64,000 nucleotides of DNA from Marsupella aquatica (Eukaryota; Plantae; Marchantiophyta), in assembly GCA_973895155.1 (NCBI GenBank), contig OZ316894.1, positions 1,053,968 to 1,117,967 of the forward strand. Reading direction: 5' to 3'. Of this stretch, positions 1 to 13,490 are shown in pieces (the stretch's first letter is position 1; each line of letters begins with the position of its first letter). The notes under the pieces were generated by a model. It did not search any database and had not been told where the DNA came from. It was given only the letters and a program-made list of their open reading frames with translations. A program made the position numbers and the translations under genes.

Positions 1-189
1 GCCTGTGCCAAGATAGTGGGAGTAACTAGCGCAGTGGTAGGAACTGGAGTAGGAGGGGAAGTGGCAGGAGCAGCAGCATGGGCTGCAATGGCATTCTGTA
101 AGACCAATTGTGAGGCTGTCGCAATTGCACTAGCATAGGTAGGGTTAGGCAATTGGGTGACAGCAAGCAGCCGTTGAGAATGCTGCTAG

Positions 190-441
190 CTCATACACAT
201 CCAAAGCCTCATGGTGCACATACCGGGCTAGCTACTTAAATGCAAATGCATTTGTGAAATTGCTGCCGTACGTCAACTCCAATTCGTAAATGATAATGTA
301 AAAAGTGGATTTGAACTCATGCAAAGAAACAGTGCCTGGCCGCCTGCTGAAGTGCTCAATGTGGCCAGATGAGTGGCTGGCATCCATGCTATATATCAAT
401 GAAGCTGGAATAACCACTGATGCAGAAGGAGAAAAAGGCAA
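190..441 (-). pseudogene. Retroelement gag-like relic
   Basis: Minus-strand reading IEHFSRRPGTVSLHEFKSTFYIIIYELELTYGSNFTNAFAFK*LARYVHHEALDVYE resembles a gag capsid-like helix pattern; it has an in-frame TAG at 232-234. Family call is by eye only. Confidence 0.4.
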
Positions 442-2039
442 AGAAGCAATAGCAGGCTTTGGGGTAGTGGTGAAGCGACCACCAAATATAACAGAAGGAT
501 TGCGTGGTGTGGGTGCTGCTGCTGTCTGTTGACGTCGTCAAACTTGTCGAGACTCCAATGAAATTGGCACCAACGGTCGTGGATCACTCTGCAAGTAGTA
601 CCTGGGTGTCGGTGGCGATGAGCTGCTTTGACTCGGCTCCTCTGCTGACATGCTGCATGCTCACCTGGGGTGCCGATGGGAAAGAAACTGACAAGAAAAA
701 GGAGTGGCAACCCAAGGCTAGGAAATGAAACCCACAAAGGAAACAAACAATGCGAGGCAGAAATGTGTAAGCGCCGAAAAACCGTCAAAGTCTATGCAGA
801 TGACATGTGGCGACAGCAAAGAAATCCGGGAAGAATAGGCCCTTGAAAACGTGAATAGGGGCCCCCCTTAAGTGCATACATTGGGCCCCTTTAAAGTGTA
901 TACGTCGGCCCCGATGTGGTCCCGAAAACTGGCAGCAAGGGTGCGCGTCGGTAGGAAATGAAAACCGGGCCAAGTGGGGACACGGTGCCCTATGCAGGTC
1001 GTCGATGGCAAGGCAAGAAAGAAACGGAAGAAATGACTCAAAAGGAAGGCGAGGGGAAAGAAAAACGGGCCTCAATTGCTCGAGCCCTGCATAGGGCTTC
1101 GTGCCATACGCCCTCCTTATGAGCTCCCAAACTCCCCTCCTTATAAATGCCCTGTAATTTGGGCCTTGTGCGTGGCAGGAGGACTCCCGAGAAGGGAGTC
1201 ATATGTACTCCCCTTCCCCCTTCTTTAATGCTAAAAGTGGGCTCCATGCCCTGCAGAAGGACTCCCGAAGGGAGTTGACGTTAAACCCCCCTCCCTCTTT
1301 AATTCTTCATAGGGCCTCGTGCCCTCCTTTTGCTTCCCCTCCTTAATGTTGTTGGATGGGCTTTGTGCCCTCTTCTTTCCTTGCGCTGCCTTGTGCTCAG
1401 CTCCCCCTCCTCCTCTCTTAATGCTTCATAGGGCCTTGTGCCCTCTCCCTCTCGGCTCTCGCTTGTACTCGCTCCCTCTCCCCTATTTTAAGTGCTGGCA
1501 ACCGGGGGGAAGGAAAGAAAATGGCAAGGGGGAAAGAAAGAAAATGGGTCCTAATCGAGTGGAGGGCATGATGCCCTACACATACCGGCAAGCAAAAGGA
1601 AAAGAAAACGGTAAGGAAAGACTGTCGCCCCCAATGTATACACAAAGGGAGAAGGGCGCCCTACGAACACAGTCGCGAGGCGGCAATAAACCTGGCGTGC
1701 GATGCTTTACGTGGCTTTGAGCAAGAGTAAGGCATCGACCTGCAACCCGTGGCTTGTAGTCAGCCGGAAGGTAGCATTGCGCAGAGAGGTGCAGCCGAGA
1801 AGGGGCGTGCGGCCCTATGCAGACGGCCCCTCCTGCAAAAACATTGCAAAACTGGCCCAAAAAAGGCTCGGGGGGATCACTTCCACGGAAGTGGCACATC
1901 ACGTGCGACGAAGTATAGGCCCATTTAAATGGGTGTGGCAGAAGACTTCCAAAGTTTGGTGGAAGAACACATAGGGCATGTTTTATTGACTGATCGACTT
2001 TAAAGAACACATAGGCCTATTTAATTGCAAAAATACTTT

Positions 2040-2181
2040 CTTTAAAGTTTTTAGGGGTTTTTAAATAAAAAATGACAAAATTTAAAGAATGAAAGGGCTT
2101 TGCAAAAAAAATAATTTCATTTATAAGTTAGGGGGTCAAACCCTAAAACGTCGCACGCGATGTATGGCCCTCCATATAGTG
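2040..2181 (-). mobile_element. Terminus of a CACTA-ended element (other end probably upstream of the window)
   Basis: Reverse complement from 2181 reads CACTATATGGAGGGCC..., followed by an AT-rich subterminal tract; it aligns by eye with the end starting at 55768. Confidence 0.5.
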
Positions 2182-3686
2182 ACCCCCCCGAGGAAAAAGG
2201 TAGTGGTAGTCGGCTAGTCAACAACCGGAAGCCACAAGCGGAAGCAGCAAAGGGTCCCCGGATACAACCGGGAAGAAAGAGTCGGGCTCCAACGGGAGCG
2301 ATATGTGTATACTTATGTTAGTATACACATAACACCATATTGAACCCATAATTTCAACTCGTCCCTCCATTGTTGCTCAAAGAAATTGCACCGGCTTCGA
2401 CGGAAATTGTCTGGATCGACATAAGCAACTGAGACGAGAATGTCTCCTATCTTCTTCCCCTCACCGCCAACTCAACAATTCTTCTTGAATAAAAGGCGTA
2501 AGAGAAACAAATGTACTGAAATCAAATCAAAAACCGGCGGGATGCCAAGATCAGTCAGGAGCATCTAACGAATCACTGTGTGAATCCCGTGTACGGAACC
2601 GACGAGCACTGTCTGAGCTCTGTCAACAGCGATTCAAGAAGAACGGAAAACCGACAAAAAGAAACACGCCCTAAGTAGGTCAAGTCAAGGTGTCACACTA
2701 ACAAGCACGTTTTGCTTCAAGAACTGCCCAGACTTGTTACAAGAACATGACACTAACTCAAGTAGTGCACTAGTCCTAACTACATACTTAGCGGACATGC
2801 GAGGGACATGCGAGGGACATGCCAATGTGCAGAAGAGGCAGTGTCCCTCGGCATGACAGGGGTCCGGGCTGGTTTAGGGGGAGTCTGTGCAGGGTCTGGT
2901 GGGGGTCTTGGGGAGTTCGGGCCGTATTCGGTTGGGCCAGGGTCGGGTCCGGGGAAGTCCGGGCCGGGTTTGGGTGGGCCGGGCTGGGGTTCGGGCTGGG
3001 TCGAGCCGGAGTCCGGGGGAGTCCGGGGGATCAGACCGAATATGCATGAAATTGGAGGTTTTTAGCAGGTTTTACGTGCCGGCAAGCCGTCAACGTGCCC
3101 GTTAAACGGGGGATTGCAGGAGAAAGGCTTTCGAAGTGAAGACGAAGGAGATGATGAAGAACGAGTGAGAAGAGACCTTTTTGTTCTCGCACGAAACGAA
3201 ATCGCAGTACTTGCGTTCGTTGGTCGGTTGCGGAGTGAGGCACGACGCACAACGAGGCACGACAAATGGATGCCGCCATGAAGAAGCGATGAATTTGCTG
3301 CAGCTCCTCCTCCTCCCCGACGATTCTGATTCTGTACCCTCCCCTCACCCTGTCCTTCCGCTGAATTGGGCCCTTCTTCTTCTTCGTCATCGTCGTCTGT
3401 GGCAGGGGGAGGGAAGATCAATAGGCGGATGATCTAGCTTTTAGTCCTGTGCCATGCGAAGGAGACCGAGCGACAGGAGGTGTCTGGTTTATCAGCGTGG
3501 TCGGTTGGCACGCAAATGTTTTACTCTCTGTGTAATGAATGACGGGCTGTCCGAGGAAGAGAGAAAACTGGGCTTATTCGGCGTCATTCTCGTTGTAAAG
3601 GAGAGCAGCAGGAGGAGGAGGAGCAACCAGTTGTGGGTTCTACTACGAGATAGGTTCTGGTGGCCTTTAAAGTTCGGAATCTGAAA

Positions 3687-6600
3687 ATGACTTCCTCGGG
3701 GGCACAAATCTACCAGCCGGTGCAGCAAGTTCCCCCGGGAGTGCAGCAGCAGCAGCAACAACAACAACAACAACAGCAACCACCACCACCACCACCACCT
3801 TCAAAACAACAACAACAGCCGCAGCATGGGCAATACCAACCTCCCCCGCCATACAAGCCGAACTCGTTCTTCCCCGGTGCCAATCTTTACGCCAATTCGA
3901 GGATCTCCGCATATGGACAGCTTCCTCCTCCACCACCTCCCATACCCCCGCAGCAGTATACCTACGAACAGCGACCACCACCTCTCATACCCCCGCAGCA
4001 GTATACCTACGAACAGCCAACGGTTGGAGTAAAGCGATCTTCCGATGATGGTCAGTAGGCTTCACCCATTTCTCTATCTCGTACATGTCTATTGGAATTC
4101 TTGAATGTCTCCTAAATAATATTTTGTACACATCTTTCAGTGTCTTTATGTGAACAGGATGGTAATTTGGAAGAGCCTCGTATTGTCCTTCAATCCATTC
4201 CCTTCTTTCTCCCAACTTACTAAGCATTATCTTTCACAACCAATTGTCGCCATTTTGGATGCTCTGTCTTTCCAAGACATTTCCTGAATGGCGTTCCTAG
4301 CTCTCGTGCAAACGCTCTGTCGTTGTGTATGCCTGGTTGGATTGAATCATATCCAGCCCGTGTCTCAGAATATGGAGGAATTCTTTTGGGTAGCAATTCC
4401 CCGGAACTTACCGTCAGTTATGACAGAATTCATCGTACAATGTGCGGTGCATTACGTCTTCGTCTGTCGGTCGCTTTTGTGGCAATGTCGATGACCAGTT
4501 ATCGTTCTGAGGAGGCCCGGGTTTGCGAAACATGCAAAATACTGCTGTCCCCACTCATTTGTCGTTCCATAGCTTAGATTAGTCTGCAGACCTCGTCGTG
4601 TAGTTACGATGATGCTGCATCCCGACCATCATTTCTCCGTGTAATCTGAATTCGTGGAGATTATTGCATCACTTTGGGCGATAACTAAACTTCCAAGAGT
4701 GCCGGTTCCGTAATCTGAGGGCATACTGGTTGCCGTTACCATCTGTTGGACGGGTTTTACCAGACATTCACGTTGGGCTACTCAGGGTCAAGGCTTGTAC
4801 ACTATTCCCTCCAATGGTCTATCAATCTCAGGCGAACAGTCTTGCTGTCAGCGTCTTTCTGTCTCCGACATTAGGCCGAATTGGTCAGGCGAACCTCAAC
4901 GGATGGCACAATGTACGGTCTGAGGCTGTCATATTTGTAGAATACTGATAGATCCACACTTTATCCTCAATCCTTCCTTGGCATGCTTCAACCACGTACT
5001 ATGGAGCTTACTCTGTCAGCTCTACTGCCAGGCTCACCCGGGATTCTCGTTCTCATGATATAGGGCTGCTGGATTTTTCTTTGTTATACCACAAGGAGCC
5101 ACTCACGATGTTGTGCTCTACCTCTTTATGTTTCATTATCGGCTTCTGAGAATGAATATCACTACTCTTGATAGATTGCAAAATTGAGTTTTAGGTTGAA
5201 GTTTCGTTGGTGTCTTCAAATCGTCTAAATACGATTACGAAAGCTTTGATGCATGGGAAATATTTTCTAGTACATCCAATGGCTTGTCTTACATGTATAG
5301 AACTTCAGGGTCGGGAGTTTGGGATAGTTTGTGTGTGACGATCTGACAAAGGGTGTTGCTGCGGATGCATTGGTGCGTACGTGTTTTACTACTGGTGAAT
5401 TGATGGCTACCCACACTTCTTGGTCCCTGCGATATACTATATCATGTTGACCCTATTGATATTTGGCCCTTCTTCCATCGGTATTCTGCGATAATACGGT
5501 ATCATATATATAATTCAAAACCCTTGTTGGGCCTTGGTATTTGATGACGCTGTGCCGTTCATCATCGTCTCTGTTCGTGTTTTTTTGGTCTTCTCATGGT
5601 CTCTTGTATCTGTGTACAATTCCGGGGTTATGAAAAGTTCTTGTTATTAATGTTTACTACCATTAATATTATGCGATGGTGGTGTGTCTGTGCATCCCAT
5701 ACCTCCAACAAATATTATGGAATCGAATTGGTTGGTCTTAATTTAAATTATGCTCATCAATGTGTCTACGAAATGTTGCATTCTGATTTAAAGTATCGCA
5801 ATCAGTTGACTTGCTATCTAAGCGGCCACGGCCGGACAGTGGCGGGAGTGTTGCTTTTTACCCACAGAGACCAGGAGAGAGGCTATGTGCATTTTACATG
5901 AGTACGCGGACTTGCAGCTTTGGCGTTACCTGCAAGTTTGATCACCCTTCATGGGTCCCTTATGGAGGGATACCAAATTGGAAAGAGGTTCGACAACAAT
6001 TCTATATTTGTGAAGTCTCGTCGTCAAGTCTCAGACTTGACGTCGAGACTTGACGTCGTAACAGTAACCTTACCTGATGTCCCTGTCGTTGACCCTTGTG
6101 CCCCTATGCGGTTGCTTCGCAATTATTCCAGGGGTGTTTCTATTAAGTTCTTGAATTCTATGCGTGTGAATGTTTTTCTTTATGTAGCTGGTAGTTTTGT
6201 ATGTATCCCCTTCTTCCGTTCAGGCCTCTTCCCGAGATAATATGTGAGGCTGAGCAACAGGTTAATTTATCATTGTCTTAAGTTTTATTAATTTAGTTCA
6301 GGAGGTCAGAAACTTAGTTTGTCTGCACAGTGATGGCTTTTTACAGGCTTGGGGTCTCTGATGATCTTCTTGACTCCACCTTTATACCAGGTCGCCAGTT
6401 GTCTTCGTTATGATTTTACAACTATCCTTTGCATTGAGTACAGGTTCTCTGTTTCTACAAGTGAAAGTTTATTGATAGCCTGGTGGCGTTCAGATTCCAG
6501 GAACATCTATGAATGCCTTACCAACGACCGATCCTGCTAATTTGCCGCAACGAGGAGGGGAACAGAATTGTGCGGTATGTCTTCCCGTTAATACTTGGAT

Positions 6601-9083
6601 GAACCCTATCGGAAAGCTCACCTACATGTCTTGAAAACAAGGCTTTTTACGGCTGGATTAAAATATTTGTGGGTCATAAGGTTAGGTTATTCGGTGGTGT
6701 AATCACCGAATGGTGCTGTTGTTCAGTTTTATATGAAAACAGGAGAGTGCAAGCATGGTGTAAGGTGCAAGTTTAACCATCCCAAGGAGCAGCAGCAGCA
6801 GCAGCAGCAACCACCACCACCACCACCACCACCACCACCTCCAAAACAACAACAACAGCCGCAGCATGGGCAATACCAACCTCCCCCGCCGTACAAGCCG
6901 AATCCGTTCTTCCCCGGTGCCAATCTTTACGCCAATTCGATGATCTCCGCATATGGACAGCTTCCTCCTCTACCACCTCCCATACCCCCGCAGCAGTATA
7001 CCTACGAACAGCCAACGGTTGGAGCAAAGCGATCTTCCGATGATGGTCAATAGGCTTCACCCATTTCTCTATCTCGTACATGCCTATTGGAATTCTTGAA
7101 TGTCTCCTAAATAATATTTTGTACACATCGTTCAGTGTCTTTATGTGAACAGGATGGTAATTTGGAAGTGCCTCGTATTGTCCTTCAATCCATTCCCTTC
7201 TTTCTCCCAACTTACTAAGCATTATCTTCCACAACCAATTGTCGCCATTTTGGATGCTGTGTCTTTCCAGCACATTTCCTGAATGGCGTTCCGAGCTATC
7301 GTGCAGAAGCTTTGTCGTTGTGTATGCCTGGTTGGATTGAATCATATCCAGCCGTGTCTCAGAATATGGAGGAATATGGAGGAGTATGGGTAGCGTTCCA
7401 GTGACTACGGTGTCAACAACGCCATACAACAATGTGAGTTCTCTTACCAAGCTATCCCAGCCCGGAAAATAATTTTTCCGATTCAACCTAAAGAAAGAAC
7501 TACAATTGCTCGTTGAACTTTCTCAAGAGATCTTTACTCATCACAAGGCTGGCAATGTCTGACCTTGCAGGCAGACATGTATGTACATGACGGGACAGTT
7601 GCGCCAAATCCTCTACCGGTGAAAATGGAAGTGAGTTAGCTACCGTTTATAGCCCCTAGAAATCTCTACAATGCTTATAATATTTTGTCGAACAACATCA
7701 AAACTGAATTCCTAGAGCGGGGAGGTATGTATGTTTTAATGGTCATCATTGCAATCGGGAATGCGATGATGACCACTTGATACCTCACAATGATACTGAG
7801 ATGATTTTACTTTTAGTCCCAAATTTTCAGAAAAAATCCGTAATATGGAGATAATGGCAGACGAGTCGTTTCTATTTATTCATTGAATTTTATTTAAAAC
7901 TTCGAGGTCAATTGTAACAGTAGCTGATTACATATGTAAGCCAATACCTTTCCCTTCTCATCACAGAATATCCTACCATCCTTCTACAAAGAATCTTAGT
8001 TGTCACGTACCATATGTGGCCAAGAGTTATTTCCTTCTTGCGTTGTTGTATTTCAACGCAGATGCACATCCCTCCAGACTGTTATGCTGTTGGTGATTGT
8101 TGATTAGGTCCTCTTTCTCTGCACTATTTCTTTTTGCAGGAGAATGGGGTGACGATGAATTCTTTACATCCACAAAGACCTGGAGGTCCATATTGCTCTG
8201 TAAGTTTCTTATGGCATTGTTCCATGCTGCTCGGATTCAGATGCATAGGCCTGAAAACTTACTGAGGTTGAAGAACAGCAAAAATGACCATCTAGACAAG
8301 GATGTAAGGATTTTTTCTTTAACAGTTGAACTCATGACGGGATTAGCTCGTCCTGTTTCCCAAAGTTAAGAGTCTTCTTATTCAAACAGTTCTCGTATTC
8401 TTTGTGACTACAGTACTACCTTAAAACTGGAGAGTGCAGTTTTGGAGCAGCCTGCAAATTTCATCATCCTCCCAATCGCCAGCCATCGCAGCCATCGCTC
8501 CCCAAAGCAGTCCCGAAGCTCACATTGGCTGGTCTTCCCAGAAGAGAGGTAATCTCGTCTTTATGACTGGAATCCCTCCTGTAGTCTCTCGAGAGACTAT
8601 CGTATTATTTCATTCTGCGTCGACGTTGTCACACTGACAGTAACTGTCTTGTGTAGGTCTTTAGCAAGCTATAGTACTTTGCGATCCGAACACTTGGTCG
8701 ATGACGTTGCTTTTTTGCCAGCGTTGTATTGGACAGACTGCCCTATGCTTAAGACGTGGATGCTGGCTGTATTGCAGGGTGAAACTATCTGTGCATATGA
8801 CATGAAACCTTGGGCTTGCAAGTTTGGATCCACGTCCAGGTTTGATCATCCTCCTCCTGGAGAAATTGCTGCCAAGGCTACAGCAGAAGCATCTAGGACT
8901 GAAGTACCTCCTCTGTTGGAAGCTTATGATGTCCATCACCCACCCGGATTTCCTATGCAGTATGTAGATCTGAACCCACCCCCTCCTTCTATCACTCCCG
9001 CTCCCCCTGTTGTGACAAATGGCGTAGGAAATACTAAAAAGCAAGAGGGTATCACTAGAAAACAAGTGGGTTCTACTGCTTAG
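3687..9083 (+). pseudogene. HUA1-like: HUA1-like CCCH zinc-finger RNA-binding gene, internally duplicated and truncated (probable pseudogene)
   Basis: Q/P-rich exon 3687-4050; exon 5806-5987 KRPR..YPQRPGERLCAFYMSTRTCSFGVTCKFDHPSWVPYGGIPNWKE; exons 6494-6574 and 6727 onward LPQRGGEQNCA|FYMKTGECKHGVRCKFNHPKE; C-terminal [11 protein letters not shown]|GETICAYDMKPWACKFGSTSRFDHPPPGE with the third Cys replaced by Ser. These match HUA1 finger/linker signatures; the middle fingers are not seen. Confidence 0.75.
3744..7373 (+). repeat. Direct duplication of about 600 bp (3744-4379 and 6790-7373)
   Basis: Near-identical CAG/CCA-repeat exon plus following intron sequence in both places; copy 1 has an extra internal 45-bp repeat (IPPQQYTYEQRPPPL period). 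Confidence 0.9.
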
Positions 9084-9330
9084 CAGCCCATCAGCAGTGA
9101 AATATAGTTTAAGTTACAATGGGGCTTAACCAGCCTTTTGCAATTGTCCTCGTGGTTGTGCCTCCAGCGGTGCACCAGCCTCAGATGTGATGTACGTGAA
9201 CTACAAAATTAAGCCGTACTTTGCTATTCTCAGGGATGGAAAAAATAAAGAAATTGCCTTTGTATCTTATATGTTTTCGAAAGGTGTGGTATGGTATTTG
9301 TTTTGTTGAATCAGCTCACCTTGCTATAAT

Positions 9331-12300
9331 TTGCGCAGCTTGCCCGAATCCTTCGGGGAATTGTCTGCCTCGAACATATCAGAATATTATTTCAACGACG
9401 TGCGCAGTTTGCCGACGTCCTTGGAACGTTTGTCGGCAAGTGGTGCTTCAAAATTGGTTCGTGCGAACCAGTTGAACGACTTTAGAAAGAATGTTGAGGA
9501 TGGAGGCGAAGATGGGTACTTTGTCAGCAATATATGGCTTCATAGCCTAGAGGAGTATGAAAGGAATTCTTTAACGTCAACTCTTTGTGGAGGTGGTTAC
9601 TCAGAGATACATCAAACAGCGACCGCAACGTTGTTTGCGAGACTCGAGAATGATGTGCAGTTCCAAGTCACAGGCAAAGATGCATCAAGCACGTTCACAG
9701 ATAACATTGAAAGTCCCGGTTACATCGATGATGAACTGGGCATTGCAGGGGAAGGCTTGACCGCTAGAGAGGAGAAAGCTGACATTGCTGGTGTCTTTAG
9801 CCCAGTGGAAACAGGTGCGGGAGCTTCTCTGTACTCATTAATACCAAAACACGTTGGGTTGAATTGCTGCATCGATAAAAGAATACCGTCTCCATTAATG
9901 TCTCCATTAATGGTAGATCAAGTGGATACATTATTTCTTTTCCGTGGGAGTGAAACTTTGGTTTGCCATTTTCTTTCCTTGACTTTTAATTGCTTAAGCT
10001 TGCATTTGAAGAATCCGGAGAATATCTCCATGGTACGTACATCATGTGAATCGGTTATTTCTTAGTACTATGTGCCGGAAATTATGTGCTGTCTAGGGAA
10101 AACGAATGAACCACCAGCAAAGAAAATGAAGAGCGTTGAGTTCCCTTCGGATACTTTTCTACGACAGATAATTCGTGCCTTACTTGAAAAACGCAGGGGA
10201 TCGGATTTCAGGAAGGTATGTTCCATAACAACGAGTGAAAAAGTTGTTCCTGTAGTGGATGAGATCTTGATTTGTCATTTGCATCTGTTCCGATTATTTG
10301 CCTTATTAGTGATGTTTGTGGGTTTGTAGGTTACATTCCAAGACATTGCTTCCCAACTTGGTGAGTCCCTTCCACTGACGAAGATTGAAACTACCTCACA
10401 TGTATTGGCTAGAAACGTCTCTTAATGATTCGCATTCTAGAATTACAGTAGCTTGTAGCTCTTTGTACTACTCGCCTTTGGACGAGATTTTTTCATATTT
10501 CTCGCGTGGGCACATACTTGCAAAAGAGTGCCTATGGATCATTCCATGATTTATTTTTCATAAATTTTAACCTTGGTGATGCGCTGTACAGAGGCGAAAT
10601 TCAAGGTCGACATTAGTGCAAAAATGGATCACGTGATATCCCTGATCCTTCAGGAGGCAATTACAGAGGGAGCTTTAATGGCTTTAATGGCACAGACACC
10701 TATATTTAAAGAAGCAGTTGAAGCGATGGAAGTTGGTGCAGCAGATCATGATTCAGGTAGCGTGCAAAAACTGGTGAATTTGCCGCTAGTGTACAGTAGT
10801 TGTTAACGACAGAAGTCCCCTAGAAAGCAGAGTATTTAAATGAAGCCCGAAACTAGTTTTTCTGTCTTTGTATATAGCGAGACCTTATTTCAAATCGTGC
10901 TCAAACTTATTTCACTGCCTTTCCCTGTCCAGGCATTGTGATAGACCATGGGAGGAAAATTCCTGAAGAGCAAGTATCTGTCGCTGTACCTCACGTGGAA
11001 GTAGCCTTCGACGAGGTCCACCCAAAATGGATGGAGCTGGAGCAGAGGTCAAAGTCGACGTCGACTTTGGAATCAATGGAGCAAATTTCCCACCCCCTGG
11101 TTTGCAAGACTCCTAACACAGACGGCAGTACTTATCCTAGCACAAGTAGTGGTCCTTATCCTGCAAAGCAGCAGGCAACAACTTGGCGGTCATTTCAAGC
11201 GGCAATAAAGAGCAACAGGCATTATACCTTTTGTGTTAGCACTCAGTGGATTTCTAAATTAGAGCACAATGAAAAGGAGACATTGGCACTAATTTGTTTG
11301 GAAGCTGGGTATGACATGACATGTCAGACGAAAACTACAACTTGGTACGAAAGAACCCATGGCAATATGGAGAACAAACGTACCAGTGGCGGTGGAAATG
11401 ACAATGATCCATCAACATCGTACAAAAACATAGAAGTTTCTAGTAGTGATACCAACCCAAGAACACCTCAAAGTGGGTCTTCACTTGGTAAAGGGAAGAA
11501 CGTGGATCAAGCAGATGAAATAGGTGGCTCCGGTCGTCCTGCAATAAAAAAGGCAACAAGTAAGTCACACTTCCTGGTTCATTTTGCCTATTGAACGGGA
11601 TGCAAGTGGCTAGTGGTGATAGATGAATTTCCTGATCGTGATCACTAAGACATTAGTTGTTTGCAGGAGAGGTTCAAAATGAGAAAGTTTGTACTTGCCA
11701 TCCTCAAATTTTGACCGTAGCTTGCTCATCCGGTGAGCTGACTCCTGTCAATATCGAACCACCACCTGGGAGGCGGATTAAAAAGCAAAAATTCGGTAAT
11801 GACTTGGTTTTCACGACGGCCAACAAGGTTCGATCTGAGAGGATTTCAGCCACTGTCGATAGAAGGTTCTCAATGACTACTGTCGACTTTCCTAGTGGTC
11901 AAGAGATCTCCATGAACTTGACAGCCAGGGCCATAATTTCACTCAGCTGCTGTCTAAAAGCTCATAACGACCACCATAAGGTACGTTTTAAATTATCGGA
12001 GATTTATGGAGAAGTAAAAAATGAATCTTCAAGTGACCAACCTTGCAATGGTACGGTGTTAAGCACAGTATGCACAAATCTCTTTGTGACGAGAATAGAT
12101 GACGAAAATGATGAAGATGCTTGGGAAGAGATCACTCTCAAGACGCAGGATGAAGAATACCAGGATCCACAGTATCGTCGAGTACTTGAGCGAGGGGATC
12201 CCACGACTACTTCAGGTGATCACCTAGTGTGGTTGTCAATCTCGAATGTACATCCAGATGGTTGTGATTCTCCATCTATAACTCTAGAGCTAAGAGGTGA

Positions 12301-12616
12301 TGTGAAAAAAAGACGCAAAATTGACTTCGAAACTGAGATCCCAAGAGCCCATGTTTTGCGTTTCCAAGACATTCATTCTGACGGTGTGATATTTGAGGGA
12401 GATGTTGACATGGTAAAGCACAGTCCATCGAAGTTAGAGCTGAAGATAAGACAACGACTTGAAATTTCCTACTACAAACCTGACACACCCATAGTCCGAG
12501 AGAGAACAGTTTGGAGTGCCATATGCACTCCTAAAATCATCGACTTTGACTGTTGTTTGGATATCAGAGTTGAGAAGTTCAACTTTGGTAAAGAGACTTC
12601 AGTGAGAGACTTTTAG
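9331..12616 (+). CDS. Uncharacterised multi-exon protein with N-terminal LRR remnants (5' end uncertain)
   Basis: LRSLPESFGEL and VRSLPTSLERL are LRR-like; GT-AG-bounded segments near 10097-10215, 10593-10772, 10934-11559 and a long terminal exon 11669-12616. Confidence 0.45.
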
Positions 12617-13329
12617 TGTTGTTGGTATGGGGTAGCTATGTAGGAACTTAGAGACGAGAGCTTTGCCCTTGGTCACCCTGGATGGAAGAATGCCTTCCAA
12701 GTCTCATCACCTCCACCTCCTAAGAAGAGACTAGTTATCGTCACTCACTACAGCAGCTGTTGTTGATAAAGCCTATAATTTGAGCAGTCTAAGATTGTAA
12801 CACAACCATTCATTTCATATCTGCAATTTTGAGCACGGACTTTGCACTGGGTCAAATATCTCTAACATGTGTTGCTGATTTCACACCTACTCTAACTCAG
12901 CTCTGCCATTGTTTCCGAACCCCATGAGAAGTCGTTAGCAAATTATATAAAATTATGTTCGTTCGTTTTTGGCGCAAATACAAGCCATTATACTTGCAAT
13001 GATAAAGAGACATGATCATTCATCTTTGTTGTGATGCCAGAAATACTGGTTACATTTTGGCAAAGTTATAAAGATTAGAAAATAAGAAATTATATCTCGA
13101 GGGGCAAAGAACAGCGACAGAAATTAACTGGCTCCAAATTTTTTGTGTACTTTTAGAGTAAAACAAGTAATTTGGAATATTTATTTATTTATACAACAAA
13201 GAACTCTGAGTGTTAGATCTGACTAACATATTGGATTGTAGATTGGTAAACAAAGAGGACAGTGGATGATGGTGCAAAATGGTCTGAAGAAAAATACATG
13301 TTGATTTTTGAAATCAACGATGAGATCAG

Positions 13330-13490
13330 ATGTTGCTAACTAATGATGCTGGTGTGCATTTTAAACCGAAGGTACTTTAAGTCAGTCAATTATTCTTGTT
13401 GGGTTTTCAAGATGTTGATAACTAATGATGGTGGTGTGCACTTTAAACCCAAGGTACTTTAAGTTTGTCAATTATGCTTGTTGGGTTTTC
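13330..13490. repeat. Tandem duplication, unit about 94 bp
   Basis: gatgttg..aactaatgatg.tggtgtgca.tttaaacc.aaggtactttaagt...tcaattat.cttgttgggttttca occurs twice. Confidence 0.8.

Noticed and set aside
2808-3105. Gly-rich ORFs
   Set aside because: They arise from low-complexity GGGTCCGGG-like repeats open in all three frames; no coding signature.
6773-7486. 237-aa minus-strand ORF
   Set aside because: It is antisense to the duplicated HUA1-like exon/intron, and the other copy of the duplication is broken into shorter ORFs.
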